From IMG/VR virus record IMGVR_UViG_3300021255_000042, positions 32,001-96,000 of that record: DNA of 64,000 nt; one strand, 5' to 3'. Both the position numbers and the translations under genes were made by a program. Origin of the DNA: a virus. Taxonomy: Duplodnaviria; Caudoviricetes. The notes beneath the pieces are model-generated. The model worked only from the letters and a program-made list of their open reading frames with translations, made no database searches and was not told the DNA's origin. Below, one piece after another: positions 8,291 through 16,844 of this stretch (its first letter is position 1; each line of letters opens with the position of its first letter).

Positions 8291-8312
8291 GTGCCACTTC
8301 GGTGGCACTTTT
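8291..8312 (+). terminator. Intrinsic terminator with C(UUCG)G loop
   Basis: GTGCCAC-TTCG-GTGGCAC followed by TTTT. Confidence 0.7.
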
Positions 8313-8556
8313 CGTTAAGTTAAATCTGAATTTTTATGACGATGTAATACGCTGAAAATGAGTTCGTTAATTGAGCCACCTAAACAAAAGGTTTGGCATT
8401 GAACCGTTAAGTCGAATCCTTGCAATCGAGCTCGAAAAAATTTTGATGACACATAGTTTTTAGACACCACAATGTGTCGATGTGTCGGCGACAAAATGTG
8501 TCGCAATCTGCAATTCGTTGGTTCATCATATTCGTTTATCTAATAAAGTACACGTT

Positions 8557-9852
8557 ATGGTGAGACTAAAATTCGTCATCCGGCAAGGATTTCTCGCTCT
8601 TAGAATCAGCGAAGGAACAGAAAGATTCTACAAATCCGCAATGCCCTATCTCCTGGGCAACATCAATCTCTCCAGGCAATGGGACGATAAAAAAGAACGG
8701 TTCATCCGCACGTCCCCTTACGCCAAAGAAAACAACGCCGCCCTCCAGGAATTCAAAGCGACCTTCTCGAAGCTTCTCCTGGAACACCCAGATTTCACTG
8801 CGCGGCAAATTTCCAACTACTACATCGAGCAAAAGGACAAGGCACGAAAGGAAGCGATCGCGGCTGAGAAGAAGCTTGATGTCAAAATCGTCACTCCCAC
8901 GGAATATTCCAACAACGTTGAGAAGTTCCTGGAGAAAATCATCCAGCGCGAGAAAGTAAAGACCGGATGCAATTTCGAGGTCTATGCAAAGGCCCTGTCG
9001 AAATTCCGCAAAATCATCCCGGACTTCAGCTCGCTCAAATTCACAGACCTTGACTACGACCGGATGATTGAGATCGCCGGTTACATCGCCCAGCATAAGG
9101 GTTACGCTGGAAGCGCAAAGGCTTTCCGTAATTTGCTGGGAAAGGCCAGCCGAGACCGTGACGTGAAGTTCCACCTCTACCAGATCGGTGATTTCCGCTT
9201 CCAGGACTACGACCCCGACAAGGACGAGCTTCACGATGAGAAACCGGACGTGCTCACCCCGAATCAGGTGCGCAACTTCCTTTCCCTGGACGTTGGCCGC
9301 ATCACGCCGACCTATCACGATCGCACCCAGGTCGAGTTGTACTACGACTTCTGTATCTTTATGCTCAACTCGTTCCTGGCTCCGTGCGATGTCATTAACC
9401 TCAAACGAAAGAATCTCTCTGGAAGAGGAACAATCATCACCAAGCGCAAGAAAACCCATCGTCAGATCGAACTCCCAGTAACGCCTGCAATGGAAGAAAT
9501 TATGGCGAAGTACGAAGGTCAATCCAAATGCGGCTACCTGTTCCCTATCATGGATGACAGCAAGATTAAGGAATACCGCACCAGGGACTACCAGTACAAG
9601 AAGTTCCGGGAATATCTGAATGTGTGGCTGAAGGAAATCGGCAAGGAACTTGGCCTGAGCTTCGACTTGTATGCCTACGTGTTCCGGCACACGGCCATAA
9701 GCCTTGCGATTGACGATGGGCTGCCAATTTCATACGTTGCGTCCGTGGCCGGTACAAGCACGGACATTATCGAGCAGCACTACTACAACGGCAACAATGA
9801 ACAGAACTCCCAGCGGCTCCTGTCGTCCTTCTCAAAGCTGTCTCCAAGATAA
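8557..9852 (+). CDS. int: Tyrosine recombinase / integrase
   Basis: Arm-binding-like N-terminus, KRKKT, YVFRHT and C-terminal EQHYY nucleophile region. Start MVRLKF. Confidence 0.9.
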   Translation: MVRLKFVIRQGFLALRISEGTERFYKSAMPYLLGNINLSRQWDDKKERFIRTSPYAKENNAALQEFKATFSKLLLEHPDFTARQISNYYIEQKDKARKEAIAAEKKLDVKIVTPTEYSNNVEKFLEKIIQREKVKTGCNFEVYAKALSKFRKIIPDFSSLKFTDLDYDRMIEIAGYIAQHKGYAGSAKAFRNLLGKASRDRDVKFHLYQIGDFRFQDYDPDKDELHDEKPDVLTPNQVRNFLSLDVGRITPTYHDRTQVELYYDFCIFMLNSFLAPCDVINLKRKNLSGRGTIITKRKKTHRQIELPVTPAMEEIMAKYEGQSKCGYLFPIMDDSKIKEYRTRDYQYKKFREYLNVWLKEIGKELGLSFDLYAYVFRHTAISLAIDDGLPISYVASVAGTSTDIIEQHYYNGNNEQNSQRLLSSFSKLSPR

Positions 9853-9857
9853 TGCGA

Positions 9858-9890
9858 AACCCGGCCAGACGGTCGGGTTCCTCCTTTCTC
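9858..9890. terminator. Hairpin between convergent genes
   Basis: AACCCGGCC-AGAC-GGTCGGGTT right after the int stop. Confidence 0.55.
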
Positions 9891-9949
9891 GGATGGCCGA
9901 ATCTCACGACCAGGCCAGCACTGTAACACATCACATCAAAAAGTACAGA

Positions 9950-10975
9950 TTAAATCTGCCAGGGGTTCTTGTTCGGGTCATAGTCGCGTGCAAAGGTTGC
10001 AATCGCGTACTCTGCTACCGGCTTGTTGTCATCATCATCGATCCTGCGAGGTATTTTCGGGTTGATCTTCAACCTGGAAGCGTCACGGAGCCAAGTGATT
10101 GATGTCTCGTAGTCGGTAATGCGGGCCGAACTTATGTTGTTTGGCGAAATGAGCTTGTGGAGCTCGTAGATCGCCAGTCTGAGCAGATGTTTCTTGACGT
10201 TGGCATTCCTGGGGTCGTCCAGCTTGATGTTCACGCCTTCCTCAATGGTATCGGCGTTGACGTTCATAACCGGGTAGAACAGCCGGTCTTCCACAACTAC
10301 ATACTCGTGGTCGGAAACCTCGTACTGGTAATCCGGCGTGTAGTTTCCGATAAGTCCCCAATTGTCAGATTCTGCCGGGTTGACGGTAAGGTCGATGTCA
10401 TCGAGCTTTATGAGGGCGTAGAACTTGCCTTCGTGTTTAACCGGTGCCCACAGGTCATACTCCACGTTGGCCTCCCAGCTGGGAACGTTCTCAACCTCCA
10501 CCCAGGCATCGATACCAGGAATGCGGATGTTTCCGTAGGAAAAGCCGTTGTAAGCTTTGCAGAGGAAGAAATTGTCGCCGTATTTTGTGATGTCTCCGGG
10601 TGCCCAGTCAAGAATCTGGGAATAGGGCCTTGCCTCTTCCTCTTCTACGATACGGTCTTCAATTAGCTCCCAGTACACTATCAGTGCAGGAGTTTTGTAG
10701 CCGTTGATGGGTTTGAGGGCCATATAGACCTTCCCATTTTCGATGAAGTGGGAACCTGGAGGGTAAGTGATGCCTTTGTTGTGCTCCATCAGGTTCTTGC
10801 CGACCGCCAACACCTCCTCGATCTTGTAGTTGTCGATAAGGTATTCGATGATGGATTCCTCAGCGGCTTCCTCGGCCTGGGCAAGACGGTCTTCGTTGCC
10901 ACGGGTAAGCTGAGACATGGCCTCTTCCGTGACAATGCTCAGGTAATCGCTGTTAAGTAAAAATCTCTTATACAT
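9950..10975 (-). CDS. Head-tail adaptor-like protein (Mu gp36/DUF1320-like ends) with large internal insertion
   Basis: N-terminal FL..DY...AEEAAEESIIEYL..Y and C-terminal RN..V...LAIYELHK...DYE..ITWL; immediately follows TerL. Confidence 0.6.
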   Translation of the reverse strand: MYKRFLLNSDYLSIVTEEAMSQLTRGNEDRLAQAEEAAEESIIEYLIDNYKIEEVLAVGKNLMEHNKGITYPPGSHFIENGKVYMALKPINGYKTPALIVYWELIEDRIVEEEEARPYSQILDWAPGDITKYGDNFFLCKAYNGFSYGNIRIPGIDAWVEVENVPSWEANVEYDLWAPVKHEGKFYALIKLDDIDLTVNPAESDNWGLIGNYTPDYQYEVSDHEYVVVEDRLFYPVMNVNADTIEEGVNIKLDDPRNANVKKHLLRLAIYELHKLISPNNISSARITDYETSITWLRDASRLKINPKIPRRIDDDDNKPVAEYAIATFARDYDPNKNPWQI

Positions 10976-10980
10976 TGTCG

Positions 10981-12561
10981 TTAATATTCAAAGCCGGTGT
11001 AAATCGGCGCAGCTGTCGTTTGTATGCCGGTTCCACCCTTCCTGTTGAACTTCTGCCACACGTCTGGAAGGAACAGAACCAGGGCGTAGTCAAGGCAGTC
11101 TGATAGGTGTCCGTATTTCTCGTATTTCACGCCGCTCTTGGAATCCACCACTTTCTTCTTGCACTTCGTTCCATCCGAGTTCTTCGTCTGGTAAACGAGG
11201 TCTTCCGTGAGCTTGCGGCACTTCATATCTATCTCTATCTTCCAGCCATCGTAACCATTGAAAAGAGCGTTCACGAAATCCAAGCGGGCCGTCTGGGAAG
11301 GTTGCTTTGAAAGCAGCTTCTTCCGGGCGTTCAGGATCGGACTGCTCATATTGCCGAGGATAATCGTGTAGTTGTTCACGCCCTCTTCGGTCTGCGTAGA
11401 ACGGGCCAATCCTGATGGGTCTCCAGTAACTAATAGCCCGCCGAGATGACCTTCGTTTAAGTATTTGGCCTCCAGCTTCCTTGCGAGCTTCGGAGTATTG
11501 TTCTCCTTGTTCTCTGGTTTACCGAGGATTTCTTCAATCACATAGACCGCCTTATTCTCAAAATCAATCTGAAGGGCTATGGTGCTCATAAATGGCATCA
11601 CGTTAAAGTCCCAGCTGATGATGAGCGGCTTGGTCGGATCATACTTGGAATCCTTCAGGCCGGTCGTCAAATGCTTGCTACCGTCAAAATTCCAGTAGGC
11701 GGCGGCTTCGTTTGTATCAACCCAGTTCCAGTTACCGTATTTCAGTCGTTCTTTGGTGGCCTTGTCCTTGATGTTATCCAAGGCGACAAGGTATGCTCTA
11801 CGGAATGCGGCATCGGGGTTGTCGAACACAGAGAACGGGATATACCGGTCGTGCTTCTGGAGAACTACATCGTTGCCGTCCTCGTCCATCACGAACCGGT
11901 CACGCACCCAACCAAGGCACGGGTTCGTTGACATCAGGAGCTTGGGAACGACCGTGGTGCTTTCGACTTTCCAACGGAGACGGGAACCGAGAACGTCAAT
12001 GGCCTTCTGGGAAATCTGACCGACCTCATCGACAAATGCGCCGGAGTATTCGGACGAACCGAGACGCTGGAACTCAGGGTCGATCAGGGTGTCGGCCAAC
12101 TCCTTCATAATGATTTTCGAGTTGTTCCAGAAAATCATCTCGCCGTGGAGGTTGTCAATGCGGTAGTTTTCCTCTTCTTCCAGGCCCCAATCGCGCACAA
12201 TGGAGCAGATGGTATTCCAGGTCGATTCACGGAGCGATTTGAGTGTTAGACGGGCCACTACCATACGCATATCCTCCCAACGCAGGCAACTCGATATGAG
12301 CCAGCAAGAGCCAAGGTAGCTCTTTCCACCTCCAGCCGCCCCTCCTTCAAGGATAACCTGGGGAATGTCTTCGTTTCCGCAGTTTGCGCAGACGGCCTTG
12401 TAAAGCGGCTGGCCGTTACGGTCGATTCCGCATTCTACCTGGGTAACTCTACCCCCGCACAACGGGCACTCCGGCTGCAAGCACTTCCAGACCTCATACT
12501 GTCGCTCGGACGGTTTGAAGTCTATGTGCAGGTTGCGCGGTGCTTTCAGTCTTTTTCCCAT
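10981..12561 (-). CDS. terL: Terminase large subunit
   Basis: Walker A GGAAGGGKS, Walker B FVDE, motif III STNP, nuclease motifs WDFN and HLSDCLDY. Confidence 0.92.
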   Translation of the reverse strand: MGKRLKAPRNLHIDFKPSERQYEVWKCLQPECPLCGGRVTQVECGIDRNGQPLYKAVCANCGNEDIPQVILEGGAAGGGKSYLGSCWLISSCLRWEDMRMVVARLTLKSLRESTWNTICSIVRDWGLEEEENYRIDNLHGEMIFWNNSKIIMKELADTLIDPEFQRLGSSEYSGAFVDEVGQISQKAIDVLGSRLRWKVESTTVVPKLLMSTNPCLGWVRDRFVMDEDGNDVVLQKHDRYIPFSVFDNPDAAFRRAYLVALDNIKDKATKERLKYGNWNWVDTNEAAAYWNFDGSKHLTTGLKDSKYDPTKPLIISWDFNVMPFMSTIALQIDFENKAVYVIEEILGKPENKENNTPKLARKLEAKYLNEGHLGGLLVTGDPSGLARSTQTEEGVNNYTIILGNMSSPILNARKKLLSKQPSQTARLDFVNALFNGYDGWKIEIDMKCRKLTEDLVYQTKNSDGTKCKKKVVDSKSGVKYEKYGHLSDCLDYALVLFLPDVWQKFNRKGGTGIQTTAAPIYTGFEY

Positions 12562-12623
12562 TCTTTAATAATTGAGCCAGGTGGTTTGCCTGGCTCCTTG
12601 AACAATGAAATATAATCAGAGTG

Positions 12624-12962
12624 CTACTGTTTCTTTTCTCCGATGGCCTCGTTGTAGATTTTCTCTACAAACACCCAGAAGTCGTCCGGGTAGGCCGAGG
12701 ATGAGAGAGCTTCGCAGCCTTTCTTCAGATAAGCGATTTCCTGCTCGGTGAAGGTGATTTCGAGGGGGTTCTTCTGGTCTTTCTCAGCGTCCCAAGTAAT
12801 GCGACCGTTTTCACGATCTTCCTGGATGCCGAATTCTTCACGGTCTTTCTCCTTCAGGCCGACCTTTTCAAGCAGGGCCTTTTTGAGATTGAAGTCCATA
12901 AAGTTGTTCTCTTTGGGGAGAATCTGGGGGAAATAAATCCTGTCTTTGATGTGCAGTTTCAT
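12624..12962 (-). CDS. Hypothetical protein
   Basis: 112-aa ORF preceded by the late-promoter motif. Confidence 0.75.
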   Translation of the reverse strand: MKLHIKDRIYFPQILPKENNFMDFNLKKALLEKVGLKEKDREEFGIQEDRENGRITWDAEKDQKNPLEITFTEQEIAYLKKGCEALSSSAYPDDFWVFVEKIYNEAIGEKKQ

Positions 12963-12987
12963 AATGCGTTACTGTTTATGTTACATT

Positions 12988-13018
12988 AAAGAATAGGCCG
13001 GAGACCGGCCCATTGGTT
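12988..13018 (-). promoter_or_regulatory. Putative phage late promoter (AACCAA-N16-CTATTCTTT)
   Basis: One of four copies with an identical 16-nt spacer. Confidence 0.65.
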
Positions 13019-13019
13019 G

Positions 13020-13565
13020 CTATTTTTTGAAGATTTTTCGAAGCGGAACGCCAATTGTCACGCCCACGCCAACGTAAGGGGCATAATTGTTCTGGCCCAT
13101 CCAGCCCATTCCAGCCTGAATTCCGATCGTCACATCAATCCAGGGAGACTTCTCGGTCTTGGTGTTTACGGTAGTGGGCGCAAACACATTGATACTATCC
13201 AGCTTCGGCTTGTAACCACTTACCCATGCTTCGTATTCCGTCTCCTTGTAATACTTCTGGGTGATTGGAATAACAACCTGAACGGAATCAGGCTTTGCGG
13301 TTGACGTGGAATCAACGACTGGAAGCGTGGCCGTGGTGTCCTTTTCAGGCTTTACCGGGTCGGCTGACGGTGCAACCGGAAGCGTCTCCGTGACATAACG
13401 TATAACGACACTATCTCTTGGTATCGGCTTATAGTATGGAATAGTGTCGATATACGTTTCTGACGATATGGAATCGAGCGACCTCTTGTAATGAAAGTTG
13501 AATCCGATCGAAACAAGGAGGCCAACGAGGACGAGGCTGAACAATATTTTTTCAAACGTGTGCAT
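13020..13565 (-). CDS. Membrane-anchored lysis-cassette protein (spanin-like)
   Basis: N-terminal TM, DTIPYYKP..RDSV region and C-terminal beta-strands (YVGVGVTI); follows the endolysin. Confidence 0.55.
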   Translation of the reverse strand: MHTFEKILFSLVLVGLLVSIGFNFHYKRSLDSISSETYIDTIPYYKPIPRDSVVIRYVTETLPVAPSADPVKPEKDTTATLPVVDSTSTAKPDSVQVVIPITQKYYKETEYEAWVSGYKPKLDSINVFAPTTVNTKTEKSPWIDVTIGIQAGMGWMGQNNYAPYVGVGVTIGVPLRKIFKK

Positions 13566-13567
13566 GA

Positions 13568-14272
13568 CTATAAGGTTGCCACGTAATTCTTGATGGCTTC
13601 AACGTGGGTTCTTACGATTGCATCCTTGCCCTCTTCGGAAAGCAGGAATGCCACGTCAGAACGGTTGTCCTGGAAGAAGTTCTCAGAGAGACACGCAGCA
13701 CAATTAGTGTTACGAAGCACATAGAAGTTTGCCTCCATATCGGCATCGCCATCGGAATAGTCGGTACGGTACGGCTTCTGGTATTTGTCGTAGATGCCCT
13801 TTTTCTTCCCTTGCTCCATAATCTTCTCGTATGCCTTGAAATTGAGCTTCGCGGCATCGTAAAGGAACGCGGAAAGAACGTCAGCACGCGTCTTACCTTC
13901 GCTGGTGTAGCAACACCAACCACCGGCACTCATCCAGTTTTTACCTGAACCGGCAGCGTTGACGTGAATTGACATATAGAGGCATTTCTTTGCACCAACC
14001 TTCTTACAGATTGCGTTTACGAAGTTGACACGATACGCCAGTTCGCGGTTCTGCTCGGCCTTGGAGGAAGCGGCCTTGATGTCGGTGTTTGGGATCAACG
14101 GCTCATAGTCCACGACTACGTTAAAACCGTCAGCTTCCAGATCGGCCTTGACTCTGGAAACTATCTCACGGGAATACACAGCTTCACGAAGGGTGCCGTC
14201 CGGCGAACGTTTGCCGGGCGTTGTCTGGAGATGTGCTGTGCCAAGGATAACTGTAAAGTCTGCTTTATTCAT
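13568..14272 (-). CDS. Endolysin, N-acetylmuramoyl-L-alanine amidase (Amidase_3)
   Basis: Zn ligands H (GTAH), E (LREA), SIHVNA, and catalytic LSENFF. Confidence 0.9.
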   Translation of the reverse strand: MNKADFTVILGTAHLQTTPGKRSPDGTLREAVYSREIVSRVKADLEADGFNVVVDYEPLIPNTDIKAASSKAEQNRELAYRVNFVNAICKKVGAKKCLYMSIHVNAAGSGKNWMSAGGWCCYTSEGKTRADVLSAFLYDAAKLNFKAYEKIMEQGKKKGIYDKYQKPYRTDYSDGDADMEANFYVLRNTNCAACLSENFFQDNRSDVAFLLSEEGKDAIVRTHVEAIKNYVATL

Positions 14273-14471
14273 AATCTATTGATACGATTGGTATAAACCA
14301 CTCTTTTTCATCAAGGAACGGTTCGCCTTCCAATTCAATCCAGGCACCGAAAATGCCCATCCAGTTCCTTCTGACTTCAACGATTTTGCCGCTTCTAAAA
14401 GCAAGCTCCATCAATTGCATTTCCGCAAGCTCCTCGGAGGGCAGGATAAGAATGGTATCTCCAATCTTCAT
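14265..14471 (-). CDS. Hypothetical small SH3/KOW-like protein
   Basis: MKIGDTILI...GKIVE...EWFIP; coupled to both neighbours. Confidence 0.6.
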   Translation of the reverse strand: MKIGDTILILPSEELAEMQLMELAFRSGKIVEVRRNWMGIFGAWIELEGEPFLDEKEWFIPIVSIDYE

Positions 14472-14758
14472 TACTCTTCTTCAGCTTTGCTTTCATTGAA
14501 AGGTTCGTCTGAGCCTGGATTCATGCGCATCCGATACCTATCAACAAGTTCTCTCGTTTTGTATTCGTATTTGAGGTCGAGCCCCCAGACTGCTCCTACG
14601 AATCCAAGGAACAAACCAAAGGCTGTTATGACGGACGGGTCAATAACGCCTCTGGGCGGGATGAACAGAGAAATAAATACAAGAGCGATTCCTGCAATAA
14701 GAACAACTCCGGCAAGAGCGAATTGAATGGCTTCTTTTGTGCCTTTACTCAGCTTCAT
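14471..14758 (-). CDS. Putative holin (2 TM)
   Basis: Two hydrophobic helices and a charged C-tail, upstream of the endolysin. Confidence 0.6.
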   Translation of the reverse strand: MKLSKGTKEAIQFALAGVVLIAGIALVFISLFIPPRGVIDPSVITAFGLFLGFVGAVWGLDLKYEYKTRELVDRYRMRMNPGSDEPFNESKAEEE

Positions 14759-15245
14759 TAGGCGTATCGGTTTGAGATTTTTGTTCAGGAACGATGACAT
14801 TGAAGGTTATACCCGATTCACCACCGCCGTTGATCTCAAACTTATTGACCTGCGATTCTTTCACCGGGTACATCTCCATCAGGGCTTTACTTGCGCTAAC
14901 TGCTACGCTTCTCAATGCTGCTGGAGACAATGCTTTCCCACGGCGATCATAGTATATATCCCTGGAAGTCTCTTCAATGATGTGCTTAAGGTTAGCTGTG
15001 AGGAAACGCTTCATATTCTTCGCATCCTCAATTGACAGCTCTTCAAGCTCCTTGACGTACTCGGTAATACGAGGTTCCTGTAACAGAACCGCCGCCTTTT
15101 GGTTATTGAACATCTCGTCTTCCTTGCTTGTGTGGAAGACATCGGCGTAGCATTTAGCGGCATTGCCCGCGTAAGGGGCGCACCCATTCACGAACAACTC
15201 GCAAAAGATGCGCTCCTCCTTGGATATTTTGGATGCCACTGACAT
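14745..15245 (-). CDS. Terminase small subunit-like protein
   Basis: EERIFCELFVNG...GNAAKCY...AAVLL.EPRITEY matches the TerS HTH pattern. Confidence 0.65.
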   Translation of the reverse strand: MSVASKISKEERIFCELFVNGCAPYAGNAAKCYADVFHTSKEDEMFNNQKAAVLLQEPRITEYVKELEELSIEDAKNMKRFLTANLKHIIEETSRDIYYDRRGKALSPAALRSVAVSASKALMEMYPVKESQVNKFEINGGGESGITFNVIVPEQKSQTDTPNEAE

Positions 15246-15266
15246 TGCTATATCTTTTCTTTTACT

Positions 15267-15297
15267 AAATAATAGCCGTTACCTATTCTTTTTGTTC
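15267..15297 (-). promoter_or_regulatory. Putative phage late promoter (GAACAA-N16-CTATTATTT)
   Basis: Same motif and spacer, upstream of the TerS-like gene and lysis cassette. Confidence 0.6.
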
Positions 15298-15546
15298 ATT
15301 CTTGGCACCGAGCAACTGGCTCATAATAATCTTACGCCAAATCTCCCCCATACCCTCTATCGCGGCCTCAACATCTTCGATCGTTTTGATGAAGTCCATG
15401 TTGAAATTTATCTGGAGATCATAGCCGCTAATCTCCACCAGATTCTGACCTATATCCGGGTTGGAAACCACGAACACATCCCTGTCAGACACGGATTTGA
15501 AGACCACCTTTGGTTCTTCCTGCATTTCAGGTAATTTGCTTTCCAT
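15283..15546 (-). CDS. Hypothetical protein
   Basis: Likely start MESKLP, just after the exonuclease stop. Confidence 0.65.
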   Translation of the reverse strand: MESKLPEMQEEPKVVFKSVSDRDVFVVSNPDIGQNLVEISGYDLQINFNMDFIKTIEDVEAAIEGMGEIWRKIIMSQLLGAKNEQKE

Positions 15547-15550
15547 TGTA

Positions 15551-16333
15551 TCAGATTTTGAAGTGTTTACGTGTCTTTTCGGTCTTGCTGACGGCAAGGG
15601 CTTCACCGCCTTCTCCAGAAGCATTCCTCATACGCTGGGTGAGAACGGCAACTACGTTCGTGGTGGCCGATACGTCCGCGTCCGCATCGTGGGCATCGTC
15701 CAGTTCAATTCCAAGCTTCTCGCAAATCAGCTCCAGCTTGTAGGAAACGATGTCGTCACGGTTACAGAGAGCGAGCTGTGCCAGAGGAATCGTGTCAACC
15801 AGGTCAGGATGCCAGTTGCCATAGAAGTCCTCGTGGCCGCGAACAACCTTTGAAAACTCCTTCATCAGACCGGCGTATTCCATCATCTGGCAAAGGAACC
15901 CCTCATCAAAAGGAATGTTCTGGCCGATGATGAACGGCTTGTTGCTCTTGCCGACCTTAGGGCAAACGTCCGTGATGAACTGGATGAGGTCTGCCGCTAC
16001 GGTTTCAAGAGGTTCACCTTTCTCTTCCAGGATTTCCATTGAAAGCCCGGAAACTTCGAAGGCCCTCTCGCCATAGCCCATCATTTCTTTCTCTTCCACC
16101 TCGTACTTGGTCTTAAGTACCTTCTTTTTCTTGCCGGTGGAAACTCCTTTGATTTCTTTCTTCTCGTAAGGCTTGATGTAGCGCACGAACGTTCCAATGC
16201 GTTCAAATGTATCAAGCCTGGTAGCGTGTACTGCAATCTGAGTGCAAGCATCTGTCTGGCAACTCAGGCCGCCGGTTTCAAAATCCAAAGTGAGTGCTAC
16301 GATTATCGGTTTTTCTTGTTTCGGTGCTGCCAT
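15551..16333 (-). CDS. DEDDh 3'-5' exonuclease (DnaQ-like)
   Basis: Exo I LDFETGG, Exo II GQNIPFD, Exo III AHDADAD. Confidence 0.9.
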   Translation of the reverse strand: MAAPKQEKPIIVALTLDFETGGLSCQTDACTQIAVHATRLDTFERIGTFVRYIKPYEKKEIKGVSTGKKKKVLKTKYEVEEKEMMGYGERAFEVSGLSMEILEEKGEPLETVAADLIQFITDVCPKVGKSNKPFIIGQNIPFDEGFLCQMMEYAGLMKEFSKVVRGHEDFYGNWHPDLVDTIPLAQLALCNRDDIVSYKLELICEKLGIELDDAHDADADVSATTNVVAVLTQRMRNASGEGGEALAVSKTEKTRKHFKI

Positions 16334-16337
16334 AATG

Positions 16338-16844
16338 TTAGTCGTTTAATGAATTAAAAATCTTTGCTGCTTCATAAAAGAATTCCTCCAGGGTACCATT
16401 ATTGACAATTATGGCCTTGTAGAAATCCCTTGGGAGGATTGTGCGCTTATTGTCACGTTCGATACGGTCTGCGCCAATAGCCGGATCGTACTCACGGTCA
16501 ACGTAGATTGGAACGATGTCATACCGGTCGCCGAATTTCTCAATCATTTCGACCAGTGCATCCTCATCTATGATATAGGTGCAGACATCATATTCGTCAA
16601 GCTGGGAAAGAGCCACCCAGTAATGGAAACCGCCAAAGAGTGCGTATGCCAACATCTTTTCACGTGCTGGTACGCAAACATCTTCATCGAACCAATGCTC
16701 ACGGCCCTGTTCTTCACCGGCACGCATCGGCCTGGTGGTATGGGACACAAGCTGGGGAATGTCAAGTTCTTCTTCCAAGAAGCGGACGAGAGTTGATTTA
16801 CCGCTTCCAGAAGGCCCCACGATTGCATAAATCTTCGTTTTCAT
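16338..16844 (-). CDS. gmk: Guanylate kinase-like protein
   Basis: GPSGSGKST P-loop and SHTTRPMRAGE. Confidence 0.85.
   Translation of the reverse strand: MKTKIYAIVGPSGSGKSTLVRFLEEELDIPQLVSHTTRPMRAGEEQGREHWFDEDVCVPAREKMLAYALFGGFHYWVALSQLDEYDVCTYIIDEDALVEMIEKFGDRYDIVPIYVDREYDPAIGADRIERDNKRTILPRDFYKAIIVNNGTLEEFFYEAAKIFNSLND

Larger units (their letters stand above)
8010..8505. mobile_element. Putative attP region (arm-type repeats, IHF site, tRNA-3'-like core)
   Basis: About 550-bp non-coding gap upstream of the integrase. Contains repeated (A/T)TGTGTC(G/A), two exact ACCGTTAAGTCGAAT copies, IHF consensus TATCAAGTAGTTA (8230-8242) and TCCCTTCCCAGCACCA (8259-8274). Confidence 0.65.

Noticed and set aside
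8566-9690. 374-aa antisense ORF opposite the integrase
   Set aside because: Codon-register shadow of a well-supported gene with no recognisable motifs. The same effect occurs opposite many genes here.
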